64,000 nucleotides of DNA from Podarcis melisellensis (Eukaryota). The position numbers and the translations under genes are program-made. Shown here in pieces: positions 12,749 to 24,200 of the stretch (position 1 is its first letter; every line of letters starts with the position of its first letter). The stretch lies in NCBI GenBank assembly GCA_964234715.1, contig OZ174280.1. One strand, 5' to 3'. A model generated the notes under the pieces. It was not told the DNA's origin and did no database searches. It was given only the letters and a program-made list of their open reading frames with translations.

Positions 12749-13072
12749 CTCTCTGCTCTGGCTTCCTTAAAAATAAAATAAAATAAAAACACAATTCTTG
12801 AGAAGGAAGGCATGGGCTCTTATTTTACTGGCCTCTGGCAACCTAAGTGTAGCAGTGGTTGGGTTAAAAAGCGCTTGACAGAGGAAGATTAAAAACAATC
12901 CAAGGAATTTGTTGCAAACTTCCTGGATGGTTCCCCACACGCAGTGGCGTTTTCTTGGCTGCCTGGCTTATAATCAGCAGAGAGGAATGTTGTAAATTAA
13001 ATATTTTTAAACAACTTTGCTCTCTCCCTGGTTAAACATTGCAAAGATTGCTCTTTCTTGTCTGTTTCATGC

Positions 13073-13081
13073 TGGGTGGTC
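13073..13081 (-). promoter_or_regulatory. Perfect GLI consensus site GACCACCCA
   Basis: The + strand reads TGGGTGGTC(TC) in a repeat-free block, next to the GC box CTCCCGCCCC. Confidence 0.6.
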
Positions 13082-13884
13082 TCTCCCGCCCCCCATTTGC
13101 CTGTACGTCTTCCTCAAACACAATTAACCATTTAGATGTTGCACAAAGGATTAGCTTATGCATACAAGGCCAGACGCTAGTCCTTTTCCTTGAGGTGGGG
13201 GGCGGAAGGGGGGTGGGGGCAAGGAACCAGGGGGCAGATCTTTTACTTTCCGCTAAAATACAAAAGCCAAGAAAATCCCCTAACCCCTCCAGTTTTCCTT
13301 GAATGATAAAGGCCCAATGGTAGGCTCCTCAGCTGCCCTCAAGTGCAGGCCTCACAAGCTCCTTGCTTTCTTATCTTGATGGTCAGCACTGAAACAGCCT
13401 TAAGCATCCCAGTTGATGTGGCACCCAGAAATTCTGGTACCTTATAAACCCGAAGTTTGCCTTAACACACTATCTGTTTATGAGCTTTGCCTAGCCACTG
13501 GTCTGCTGTGCCTGCAACAGTAATTTCTCGACCCACTGCCACTCATATGTGGAGGTAACCTGTATTCTCAAATGCAGATTAATCAGAGGGATGTTAAGAG
13601 ACAGTGTTCTGAAAAGTAGAGAGTGTCATTCCCCCTCAGGTATACCTACCAAGTACTCACATGTGTGGACATAGTCTGTTGATGTATAAATATTTTTAAC
13701 TCTCATGAGAACAGCAAGTCAAACCTGGGAGATAAAGTAAAATCCTGCTACTTCAGGATTAGCTGCACTCCTTAATTGGAGTTACCACCACTGGGGAAGA
13801 GGAGTATATACAGGTGCTTCCTCTCTTGAGAGCCTGACAATGGGAGAAGAAGCCTCTGTTTGAACTTTGGTTTGGCAGCTGTAT

Positions 13885-14111
13885 TGTAGTGTGGTGTAGT
13901 GGTTGAGAGCGGTAGACTCGTAATCTGGGGAACCTCCACATGCAGCTGCTGGGTGACCTTGGGCTAGTCACACTTCTTTGAAGTCTCTCAGCCCCACTCA
14001 CCTCACAGAGTATTTGTTTTGGGGGAGGAAGGGAAAGGAGAATGTTAGCTGCTTTGAGACTCCTTCGGTTAGTGATAAAGCAGGATATCAAATCCAAACT
14101 CTTCTTCTTCT
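13885..14111 (+). mobile_element. tRNA/CORE-type SINE subfamily with a (CTT)n tail and an internal deletion across the B-box
   Basis: GTGGTGTAGTGGTTGAGAGCGGTAGAC...GGGTGACCTTGGGCTAGTCA...GCTTTGAGACTCCTTCGG...CTTCTTCTTCT. Confidence 0.8.
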
Positions 14112-14407
14112 AAATGACAGCAAGGGGTCAGAAACTGGTGTGCACTCTCATATAGACACACACATATCATGCCAGAGCCATTTCCTCAAGGCCACTTTCT
14201 TGTACTTCTGGCCAGGGAGCAGGGAAAGCAGTTAAGTCCAAAAACATCTACTGTCCAAGCTCTCCCAAGAAATGCTGAGCACATATGCCCTTCTTCTGGG
14301 CTGGAGCAGGCTCTGAGCTCCGTACTGTATTGCATTTGTAGAGCTGGGACACTGGATACCTGCAAGTGTCCCTTGTCTGAAGCTGCTGTGCACATTGACT
14401 TAATAAA

Positions 14408-14542
14408 ACTATAGAGTTGGAAGGGACCATGATGACCATCAAGTCCAATCCTCTACAGTGCAGGGATCTTTTGCCCAACGTGGGGCTTGAACCCACAACC
14501 CTGAAAGTAAGAGCCTCATGCTGTACCAACTGAGCTATCCCA
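14408..14542 (-). mobile_element. tRNA-Lys-derived SINE with CR1-like 3' tail
   Basis: Minus strand GGATAGCTCAGTTGGTACAGCATGAGGCTCTTAC...GTGGGTTCAAGCCCCACGTTGGGC followed by GGTCCCTTCCAACTCTATAG. Confidence 0.88.
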
Positions 14543-14574
14543 CTTGGCTGTTGTGCACGTTGACTTAAGTGGCC

Positions 14575-14766
14575 CTGGGCCATAACTCAGTGGTGGAGCC
14601 TCAGCTTTGGATGTAAAGGGTTCCAGGTTTAATCCCCAGCATTCCCACACAGGACTGGAAGGGACCTGACTGGTAAACCTTGTGAGCTGCTGCCTGTCAG
14701 GGTGGATAATAAGGATCTAGATGGCTCCATGGCCTGACTAAGTGCTAGGCAACTTCCTATGTTCCT
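14575..14766 (+). mobile_element. Older tRNA-derived SINE with a CTTCCTATGTTCCT (CR1-like) tail
   Basis: A-box TAACTCAGTGG and B-box GGTTTAATCCC; related copy at 29530-29695. Confidence 0.7.
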
Positions 14767-16403
14767 AAATGTAGTTCCTGGGATATGTTTGAAAGGCTAC
14801 CACTCTGGGTTGGCAGCTTAGTTAGAGTTGGTATAAATGTATGGCTGCATGTATTCATGTGTATATGGATATCTGCACTAAACCTTGTAACTCAAGGTCT
14901 GAAACAAAGCATGTGAATTTTGTAATTGATGCTGCAAATTTGCTTAGATGTGCATAATGTTTTGTACATCCCGTGCTAGAAAGCTCAGTGCCTTGGGATA
15001 TAATAGAAGCTATGCAGATTTCTAGACCTTCAGCTATAACAACCCTGTATGTCATTAAGATGAAGAAAATCATATCTTCCCAGCAATTAGTGTGTTTAGG
15101 AAAATGGTATTTACTCATAGCAAAATTACACCGATTAATTGGCAACGCCGCTGGTTTTGGCCACACACCCAGCAGGGCCAAAAGCACATTGGTAAGATTT
15201 GTTTTACATCTAGCTTTAAAATTACATCTAGAGTTTGCTGCTGTGTTCAAACAAGATTTTTTAAATTGTCATCTAGTTTTCCAGGCTGGAAAATGGGCAT
15301 CTCCAGAGACAGAGTGATACAGTAAATGCACAATCTGCCATGTTCCCCTGCCCCTCCTTCCAGAAAGCAGAGTAGCTATTGTATCTTCACTATTCCTAAC
15401 ACGAATCTCAGCCAACACATTCATAACTGGTCTGACAAAAATGGGACTCTGATAATATTATATTGCTAAACTGGCCTGCCACAAGATAGGCTGGCCTATC
15501 TATCAGAACACACAGGCTGCACATGACACACCAGAACAAAGATATGGCTGATTTTATTATAAAAATGTTGGAGTCTCTTGAGCCTCACAGCATTTGGAGA
15601 ACAATTCTTCTCCATTGGCTTGTAAATGCAATGCAAATGCATTTACAGGGTACATTTCTAATGAAAGAAATACTTCCCTGGAGAGAACTGAACCCATAAG
15701 TCAGTCTCCAGGTCTTATAATCACATTTTGGGATGTATGTCAAGAAACTAGATACTACTGAAAGGGCAGCGCAGATGATAAAAAGTTTCAGTCCCATGAA
15801 AATAAAAGGATAAAACAGGGGAGGAGATGGGTCTACTCCCTGAACCACCCTGTGTGGACCCACTGGCACTAGAGGCCACCTCCCCTCTCCTGGGCCCTGA
15901 TGAGAGATCTCTACCTTTAGGCTCTGACGGCCAGTCTACAGGTCTTTTGGGGAAATCAAGCAATCCGTGAGATTTCCCCACGGCTGGAAACCTTATTACA
16001 CCAGAAAAGTGTGTCCGTTTGGGCCAAGCTATTTTATACCACAGTGCAGAGTGCTTTTCAAGATGATGCTTGAAGAGGAAACACCTGATGTGGTATTGGT
16101 AGTCTTGCAGCCCTCATCCTGCCTATTTTAAGAGTACAGCCACATGTAATTGACACATTTTCAAACTTGGCCTCATGCAGATCTGCAGGGATGAGAATGC
16201 GAAAGGGAAAAAGAGGTAAAGATGTGGCTGTTGTCTCTTTTGATACTCATTTGCCTGCATGGCACTCCGTGTCAAAGAAAATGTGTGCTAGTCATGTGTG
16301 TTGATAGCACAGTGTGAGCTCTTCAAGTTTAATGTGGCCATATAATTTCATGTTTAAATTGGACCTGTTGGTCACGCTTGTAGCTCCACCAACTTCAAAA
16401 TGA

Positions 16404-16406
<3 letters not shown>

Positions 16407-16466
<60 letters not shown>
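16407..16466. repeat. (CT)~30 microsatellite
   Basis: Direct reading. Confidence 0.97.
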
Positions 16467-16471
<5 letters not shown>

Positions 16472-19209
16472 ACAAGAATGTACAACAGGCATATTGGAAA
16501 CTGAAGGTGTTTGGGGGTGGGGGCGGCTGCTTGAGCCCCAGGGCTTTTTGAAGGAGGTACTGTGAACTATGGCATATCATGGCTTAAGATGTGTGATGGA
16601 AATGGGTCACAATAAGTAAAATGATAAAGACAAGATATAACTACAGTACAAGAGCAGCCCACTAGAGAAGCCACTGCCTTGCAGAGATCTGTGCAGTTGT
16701 AGGGACTCAAGAGCTGATGGTTTCCACATGGAAGAGGATTGAGGCAAGCAGCTGCTAGGATGCAAGGGAGCAGGAACTAGCCGTGTGGAGGGTGCCTGCT
16801 ACAAGGCACAACTACATTAGCATGAACCCAGAGGAAGCACCTCTGTTACTGGAAGGATGTGTAAGGTGAGCCTTGTGCAGAGCAGACCCCAGAATCTCAC
16901 TGCCAGATCACTAGAGGGTTAAATTAAAACAGCTATCTTGTGATTTCTAGAGGAACCATTATTTGGAATTATTCATAATTGCACTGCTGCCACACACAGT
17001 GACTACATCAAGAGCAAATCTGTGCTTTGATAATCTACTTTTATCTTGCCCCAAACACCTGCAGGTCATAAAAGGCAAAAAGGAAAAGCCGGTTCCTCCA
17101 GCAGTCAGTAGCACTTGCAAGCAGCAGAAAACTTGAATTGAGGACCTCAGTTCTAATCTGCTCACTGAGCTTCCCATCCCGGACACTAAGCAAAACAGGA
17201 TCATGAAGACAAGGAGATAACATCTGATACAGATATGGGGAGTTATCATAGGAGCAAAGACCTTGCAAAAAAACTATGATACCAGCTCCTCAGGCTCACT
17301 TCTCAATTTACATTTTGTATTCTGGATACTTGCATACAAAAGACAGACATATTGTGTCACCTAAGATCAGCACACCTTTGTGATTTCAACACACCTTTGT
17401 GATTTTCTCAGTAAATTCACTTAGGAGAGTGGGAAAGGTTGATCTTTTCCCAACTGCTGCTTCTATGCGAATACACAGGTTTAAATGCATGAGAACCATT
17501 TCCAGCAAATGCAAGCAATGCACATTTTGTACTTAGCAAACCCCAAAGTTATAGAATAAATCAGAATATGATCTGGGTTATCTGGCTACGTATGAAGTAG
17601 AGCAACATTGGGTTACAGTAGAATAACACAAAGGGGCAATGGATGAGATTCTCTATTTTTTAAAGTAAAATGTTAAGTTTTTAAAATGTCCAATCCACTA
17701 ACCTGAACTTTAGACAGATCTCACAATTTATGGCACTATCAAGGCAACATCTAAATGCCTTGACTATGTGGGCATGCTTTTGTTTTTTAACATCCTCACA
17801 GGATGTCCCAGAATAGTTCAATATATTGGTACCTTGAGTTCTATCGCTAGTTACATTTTAAAAAGATAATAGGGTGCTGAAGTTTTCTCTGGGTATTTGA
17901 AGAACAAAGTTATCCTTCTGCATTCTTTTCCACAAGTGCAATGTGACATTAGATGCTGGAGCAGTTCATAAGGACTTAGATGCAGAGTTAACTTGGGCCA
18001 TATAGGAGGACCAAAGAGCTGCACAGGGCTGCATGTGGAGAGACAGGCAGCCTTTCATCTTAGACAGCTGCTGCTTCACATCTTTCCATTTGGAGCCAGT
18101 TCTTTAATGTGGTTATTTTTAATTTATGAAGGAATGGGCAGGGTTGGCTTATAATTTTGATTCTCCTGTGTTAAATGGGGAAAAAAATGCTGCTCCCCTT
18201 AGGGGAAAAAAAGATCAGGATCATGTTTATCACTTTGTCTAATGAAAATGAACTAATATTCCTCTGGGCCAATATCTGGTAGCAGAGACCAAACAACCAG
18301 GCTTAGATGTGCAATTTAAAAGTTCTGCTAGTCAGATTCCTGTGAACCAAACATTTTAAGAAGCGAAGAGCCTCTTTCTGACACACAAAAGTTCAAGAAC
18401 TTGTATTTTGCACCATGATCCTGGAATTGTATTTTGAATTGTGACATGCGTGTTGTTTTAAATAAAACTATTTTGGCTAAATGGTTAGATGCATACCACT
18501 CTGCTGGAGCTTGTTTTACCATGACTATGCTAGTATAGTAATATTCACATTTAGATCAATATTTAACCTTCAAGAGGTTTAAGAGATTTTAAACGGGACT
18601 CAGGTTTACCATTTCTCTCCTGTCCTCCATCCATTTAAAAAATATTCCCTTGGTTTCATGGAATCCATAATCACTGCATAGTCTCGGTATTCTTATGCAG
18701 GGGGTTTATTGCTTTGCTTTGTTGTTGTTTTTATTATTATGTGTTTTTATTATGTATTTTAATGCTATGAACCACCCTGAGCTTTTCAGATGAAGGGCAG
18801 TATACAAATTAATTAAATAAATTAAAGGAATGAATAACAAAGTTTAGGGTAGTAAGTGCTACCAGTTTTTGATGCAATGAACCTAAAAGAGGTGACTAAA
18901 TGTGGAACTGTAAAACAGTGACATAAAGCACTCAGGCTTTTAGTTTCTGTCAAAATCAGCAAAGGTAAGGCAAACAGTGACAAAGCACAGGAAATGGTAT
19001 ACTGTGTGCTCCATCGTCAGGTGAATACTAACAACAGAACAAAAACCTTCTGAGTGGTCAGGACACACTCTAAGATAGTAAAGGAATGGTAATATATGCC
19101 CCGAGGTAAGCCAAAGCTTGCCAAAAGTTTAAGATAAACAACAGGAGTTGGATCACTAAATGGCTAGCCTGTGGTATATTTTCCTTTGATATCCACTGTG
19201 ACATCCACT

Positions 19210-19790
19210 ATTCATCATCATCATCATCATCATATCCCACCTTTCCCCTGGACTGAGACTCAAGGCGGCTTACAAAAAAAGTGCAAAATACAGCTAAAAC
19301 AGAAAAGCTAAAAACACAGAAATCATTAAAAAGTAATTAATCAATAATATAAAATATGAATAACAACAATAAAAACATCACAGCAGCAGCTCTTTCCTTA
19401 AAAACAGGCAGTTCCTAAAGGCCTGTTGGAATAAAAAGGAAGAGGACAACAGGGAAGGAGCCAGTCTAACTTATTCCAGGAAGAGAGTTCCAAAGTCAGG
19501 GAGCAGCCACCAAGAAGGCCCTCTCCTGCATTCTCACAAGCACATCTGTGAGGGTGGCGGGACTGAGAGAAGGGAATGCGTATTAAAGATAGAAAAATGG
19601 ATGACTTGCAGAGACGCTGAAGGAAGTTCAAAACAGACATAATTTGTTGTATTCGGGTTAAAATGTATAACTGGTGGAAAATTAATAAAAATTTATAAAA
19701 AAAAAAAGAGAGAGAGAAGGGCCTCCCCCTGAAGATCTCAGGGCCTGGGCAGGTTCATATGAGATAATAGGGTATTGCAGATATAGCCTG
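19210..19790 (-). mobile_element. L2-type LINE 3' fragment containing a nested poly(A) insertion (19575-19711)
   Basis: L2 tail (CTCAAGGCGGCTTACA), AAAGGCCTGTTGGAATAAAA and GAAGGCCCTCTCCTG motifs; the element resumes after the insertion. Confidence 0.7.
19575..19711 (+). mobile_element. 5'-truncated poly(A)-tailed retroposed insertion (L1/Tx1-like 3' end)
   Basis: AATAAA at 19684-19689, an A-tail, and a 10-bp TSD GAGAGAAGGG at 19565-19574 and 19712-19721. Confidence 0.75.
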
Positions 19791-20439
19791 GGCTAAGCCA
19801 TTCATATGCAGGTACTGTTCATCATGTGGAAGCTTGAAAAATAAATTTGGGTTTACATCTGCACAAGGTGGTTTGATAACATAAGTGGTTTAAGGATAAA
19901 GTGCTCATTAGTTTATGAGCAAAGCTTAGTTCATATTATATACCGGTATTCTACCAGGTAGCAAGTGCTTGCAAATGATTTTAAAAACACAATTACCCAC
20001 CTGGAAGGGCTCTTTCATGAGCTTTTACTGAATGTATGGTCCCCAAAGCAACTACTTGTGGTCTTATCATTGTGAGACGTCCTTCTTTCTCAGATACATG
20101 TATATTCTGGCATTTAATTATAAACCTTGATATAACCTTGACCTATCTGCTGTATTATGTTGACATGATGTGAACACAGCTCTAAAGCCTTGTGTGTCTG
20201 TGCATTTCCACGAATAAGGAGTAAGATCATATGGAGCCAATTCACATGCTGGATTATTGTCACTAAAATATACTTAAGAATTTAAAATTATGTAAGTGTG
20301 AACATGTCCTGCAAGCAAACAATCACGCCTTTTGCAGTGAATCCCAAAACTCAGGCATTCATGATTTTAAATACTATTACCCTCCCCCACTTTTTTCCCT
20401 TGGAAGGAGATGAATCCTGATCTGCTTTGGAAGGCATTC

Positions 20440-20760
20440 CATACTCATGACCATCTTGTTTTTCTGTAGATATTTCAGTTTTATTATATTATCTTAAGGT
20501 GGAGTCAGCAGACACCTAAACAATTCTCAGTATACTGACTGCTGGGCTAATGTATGTATGGTTTCTGAATTTTTTTATCCCCTTTCCCCAACATTCTGCT
20601 TGCCTTTTGAGGGCTGCAATGCTTTGTACTGACAATTTTAGGGACGACAGGCGCAGATGCCTGAGTGAGACTAGTTAATTCAGAATCAAAGTGGATTTTT
20701 AGCAGAGAATATTTTTCTCACTGTGCATCACCTTGCAGTTACTGCTTCTCCTCCCACTGT
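20440..20760 (-). mobile_element. Old CR1 LINE ORF2 fragment
   Basis: Degenerate CR1-like segments (TGTGCATCACCTTGCAGTTA; TTGCCTTTTGAGGGCTGC). Confidence 0.45.
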
Positions 20761-21039
20761 TATTTAATCGTTTTGTAACATTGCGTAGTTAGCCTTAAGA
20801 CTGAATCATCTTGTACTATCTTGCTTTTTTAAGGTACTGGAACCCAGAAAGTTGGCACTTTCATCACAGTGAGATCAGCTAAGCTGTTCTTTTGACTGAG
20901 TACAATCTGTGTGGTCCCTGCTCTTAGCTTGGTTGGCAACACACAGCATTCACTGGATTTACAGGAACCAATATCACCCTGTGCAAGGCAGCATGCATGT
21001 CAATGAGGGAGGATATGGCGGGGGGGGAGGCGGGAAGAG

Positions 21040-21085
21040 TCACACAGAGGAAACAGAGAGATGTTCTTGTAAATATTTATTTATT
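21040..21085 (-). terminator. EIF2B3 polyadenylation signal (two overlapping AATAAA) with downstream U/GU-rich element
   Basis: Minus-strand AATAAATAAA at 21076-21085, about 140 nt after the stop codon, followed by CTCTCTGTTTCCTCTGTG. Confidence 0.75.
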
Positions 21086-21225
21086 AAGGTGTAAATAAGA
21101 AGTTAAAAGCTGGAGAGGATATCGGTGTCAACGATGCTAGGAGTCAGATCATGAAACAGGACTGCAGGCTCCTGCCATGCCATAAGCTCAGGCAGCCAGA
21201 AAACCCTCTTTTAAATCTGTGAAAT

Positions 21226-21278
21226 TCAGATTTCCATCAGCTGTTCAGTACCCATGATAACTTCATTAATGTGCTTAG
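21226..21278 (-). CDS. EIF2B3: EIF2B3 terminal exon, coding part: (S)[16 protein letters not shown]
   Basis: Strong polypyrimidine acceptor TTTCTCTTTCTCTCTTACAG|CT; TGA at 21226-21228; QLMEI C-terminus. Confidence 0.96.
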
Positions 21279-24200
21279 CTGTAAGAGAGAAAGAGAAACA
21301 CATTTTAGAAAACGAGTTATTTAAAACCTATGCCTTATCCAATTTAGAAATGAATTTATTTATTTTTGAGGGGGAGGGGCACAGATTATTTGGTAAGTTA
21401 GGCACCTAGCAAACAAATGATCTGTTCCTGTCTGAGGCAGGCACCTAACCAAACATTAGAAGGTGCCTTGAATGAGAGTGCTTACAAGTATCAATCACTG
21501 TCACATGCAACAAAGGCAGAGAGCAACCAGCAGCTGTAGCTGGCAGGTGTATATCTGGAAATCAGCGTGGAGTCACACTGGCCTAAAGGAAGGAAATGCT
21601 GTAGAAACTAAATCACAGTACGACCCCACCCAGACCAACCTCCCTTTGGCAAGAAGCTGAACCCTCTTCTGTCAGCCCCGTACGGAAGTGGGCCCAGAAT
21701 TAGCAGAAACAAAAGGGCTCTATGGGAGTTTTCAGTCCCGGGTCGAGAGGCAGTTCTTTTCAGCTGGCTTCACCCTGTTCTAAAACCCAGATAGGGTTTT
21801 GCAAATTCTCCACCTCCTCAAAATTTTCTTACCAGGCTGTCTTTTATTTGCCATTGGCAAGGTTACAGATGCATTCAAGCCGCAAAGAAAAGAGAGGGAT
21901 TAAAGAAGGTACTTTCAAAAGGGTCCCAGAATTTGGGCTCTGCTTGGCACAATTGTTTCAGACTGAGAGCATCTGTGCCAAGCAGATCCAGAGCCACATC
22001 AAAATGTCTGATTAGTGCTTGGTGAGGGAGCATTGCCTGGCCCATTTGTTCTGGGTGCTCCAACCTGAATGGCTTGGAAAATGTGTCACTTGTTACGCAG
22101 GAATTTCTGCTGGGAACAGAGGAGTGCTGCAACAAGCAAACTCCTTGGGAAACGCAGACAGAGAGCCCCTCACAGAAAGCTTGGGATCTAGAAGGCTGAT
22201 GAACTTCTGTTGAAATCAAACTGCAATTTGAATAAACACAGGGACAGAAATGACTCAGTCCCAGCAAAACTCCATCATGGCACTGGGCATTCATGACAAA
22301 GTGCTTTCCTCCACCGCACAGCAGCTATTCGCTGGCAGCATCTGTCCTGGAGAGCCTTGCCTTCAGGGGGAATATGAAAGCATCTCCTTGTTGTTTGCTC
22401 AATTCGCTCCAGACAGATTGCTGCTGGTGATGGCAAAGCTAAGCTGTAAAAGAGGAGGAGGAGGAGGAGGAGAAAGGGTGTGTGGGAAGAGAGAGAAGGG
22501 GTGAGGGCCAAAACCCAGGACCACCACGAAGCTCCAGCCCTCAGGGGCTCCAGAAAACGTTCAGTTTACTCACTCAATTACATACACTGTTTTATAAACC
22601 CTTAAAATAAAATAGAAAACAGTCCTTGGCACAGAGTTCCTGTTCTATTATACAGTAGTGATGAAAGACTACGCTGTGTATGAGCACTCCTGAAAAGCCA
22701 GAGATGAATTAATAACAATAACAATAACATTAAAAAACAGAATAGAAAGGAGAGGGTGGGGTTGAGATTGCAGAAATGCAAAGATGAAAACGCACACTCT
22801 CTGGGTGGCTTGAGCTAGTGCAAAAAGCAACTCCTTTCTCTCTCTTGATCTGATGGTAGGTGGGATAGAGGGGATACCCACAGACGCAGGGAGCAGCTGC
22901 AGCTAGAGGTCAGGAGGTGGGGTGGGGCCCGGAAGTTCCATGTGGTGAGGGAGAAGGGAAACAGGTGGTGTGGGGCTGGTTTGTTTGTGTTGGTAACAGG
23001 AGTGGGAGCGTCTCACAAATGCTTGCTCTATTCCGCTCAGGATTTATTTAGACAATTCAGTGGTGCCTCACAGGCCTAATGTGGTGGATGGTGTTGTACA
23101 CTTTAGCCATCAACAGGGGCAACTGCAGCTCCTAGGATGCAATGCTCTATTTAAATAGGAGACTTTTGTTAGTTGATGCACTCACTATAATGGGGTGTGT
23201 CAGTAGGATGAGCGCCTTTGGGTCTTCCCAGGTGTAATAAATGGGGGGAAACGTAGTTAATCCCTATTGTTGCATTCACCTGTCGGGTAAACAGCCAAAA
23301 TATCTATTATCAAAATGTTTTCACTAAAAACAATTTATCTGAGACTTCTGCCTGGACAATAACCACTTAGTTTGGGACTAGTTAGCCCCAGAAAGCTATT
23401 CCCACAGTGAAAAGTCTTGCTTAACCAGGATTAATTATGGACTGATGTCTTCTGGTGTAAGTGCTGGGAGCTGGGCAAGAAAGTAAATGTCTTACAGAGG
23501 AACAATGGACAAGGCAACTAGGGGCAAAACTGGAGGAATTTGCTTCTGCAAATATCTAGGATTGGAATATCCATGCATCTAGCTGTAGCAAGAAACCACT
23601 AGCTCTGCCTCAAAGTTCTGAATTCAGCACCTTTCCTGCTTCTGACAAATTAGGCATATTCTGTGATCATGATGGAGGTAATGGAACAGCTGTAGCAACT
23701 ATGCTCAAGATCCCTGAAGAAAGCTGCTTACTGGGGTCAGTTCGGATAGGTTGCCTCTCATGCACTTAGACCAGGGGAAGGCAGAATGGCGCCCCCTCCA
23801 GATCTTTCTGGACTCTGACTTCCATTAACCCTGACCACAGGTCATGCTGCCTGGGGCTGATGAGATATGAACTTCAACAACATCTGAAGATGAACAAGTT
23901 GGTACTCCTGACTTAGACCAATGGAAGAAGAGCCAGCAGATGAAGTCCAGGAGGCATGCAGACGGAGAAGGACAGACATGTCCCTTCTATTGCTGGGTAG
24001 GACAAAGTCAGTAGATGCGCCAGGAGAAACCAGGAGCTTAATGCTCTCCAAGAGTCTGTAAGCCAAGACAAAGGGAGGGAATGCTGGTATGAGAGAACCC
24101 CATTCCAGAACCAAACCTAGAAACCCTGCTGGACCTACCCAGAAACAGAAGAAAGGGAGAGTGGTTTGCTGATATAGATCTTCTTGAGACAGGCATAGCT

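Noticed and set aside
12510-12813. ORFs spanning X runs
   Set aside because: Artefacts of the N gap.
14460-14542. tRNA-Lys-like sequence (also at 34725-34795)
   Set aside because: Degenerate, and fused to a CR1-like tail that recurs in the window, so it is a SINE head rather than a tRNA gene.
1-21000. Recognisable PTCH2 coding exons
   Set aside because: I found no Patched N-terminal motifs (e.g. LPPSY, KAPLW). PTCH2 adjacency is only inferred from recalled synteny.
23787-23803. CTCF-like GCGCCCCCTCCAG
   Set aside because: Three mismatches to the core, and it lies inside a MITE terminus.
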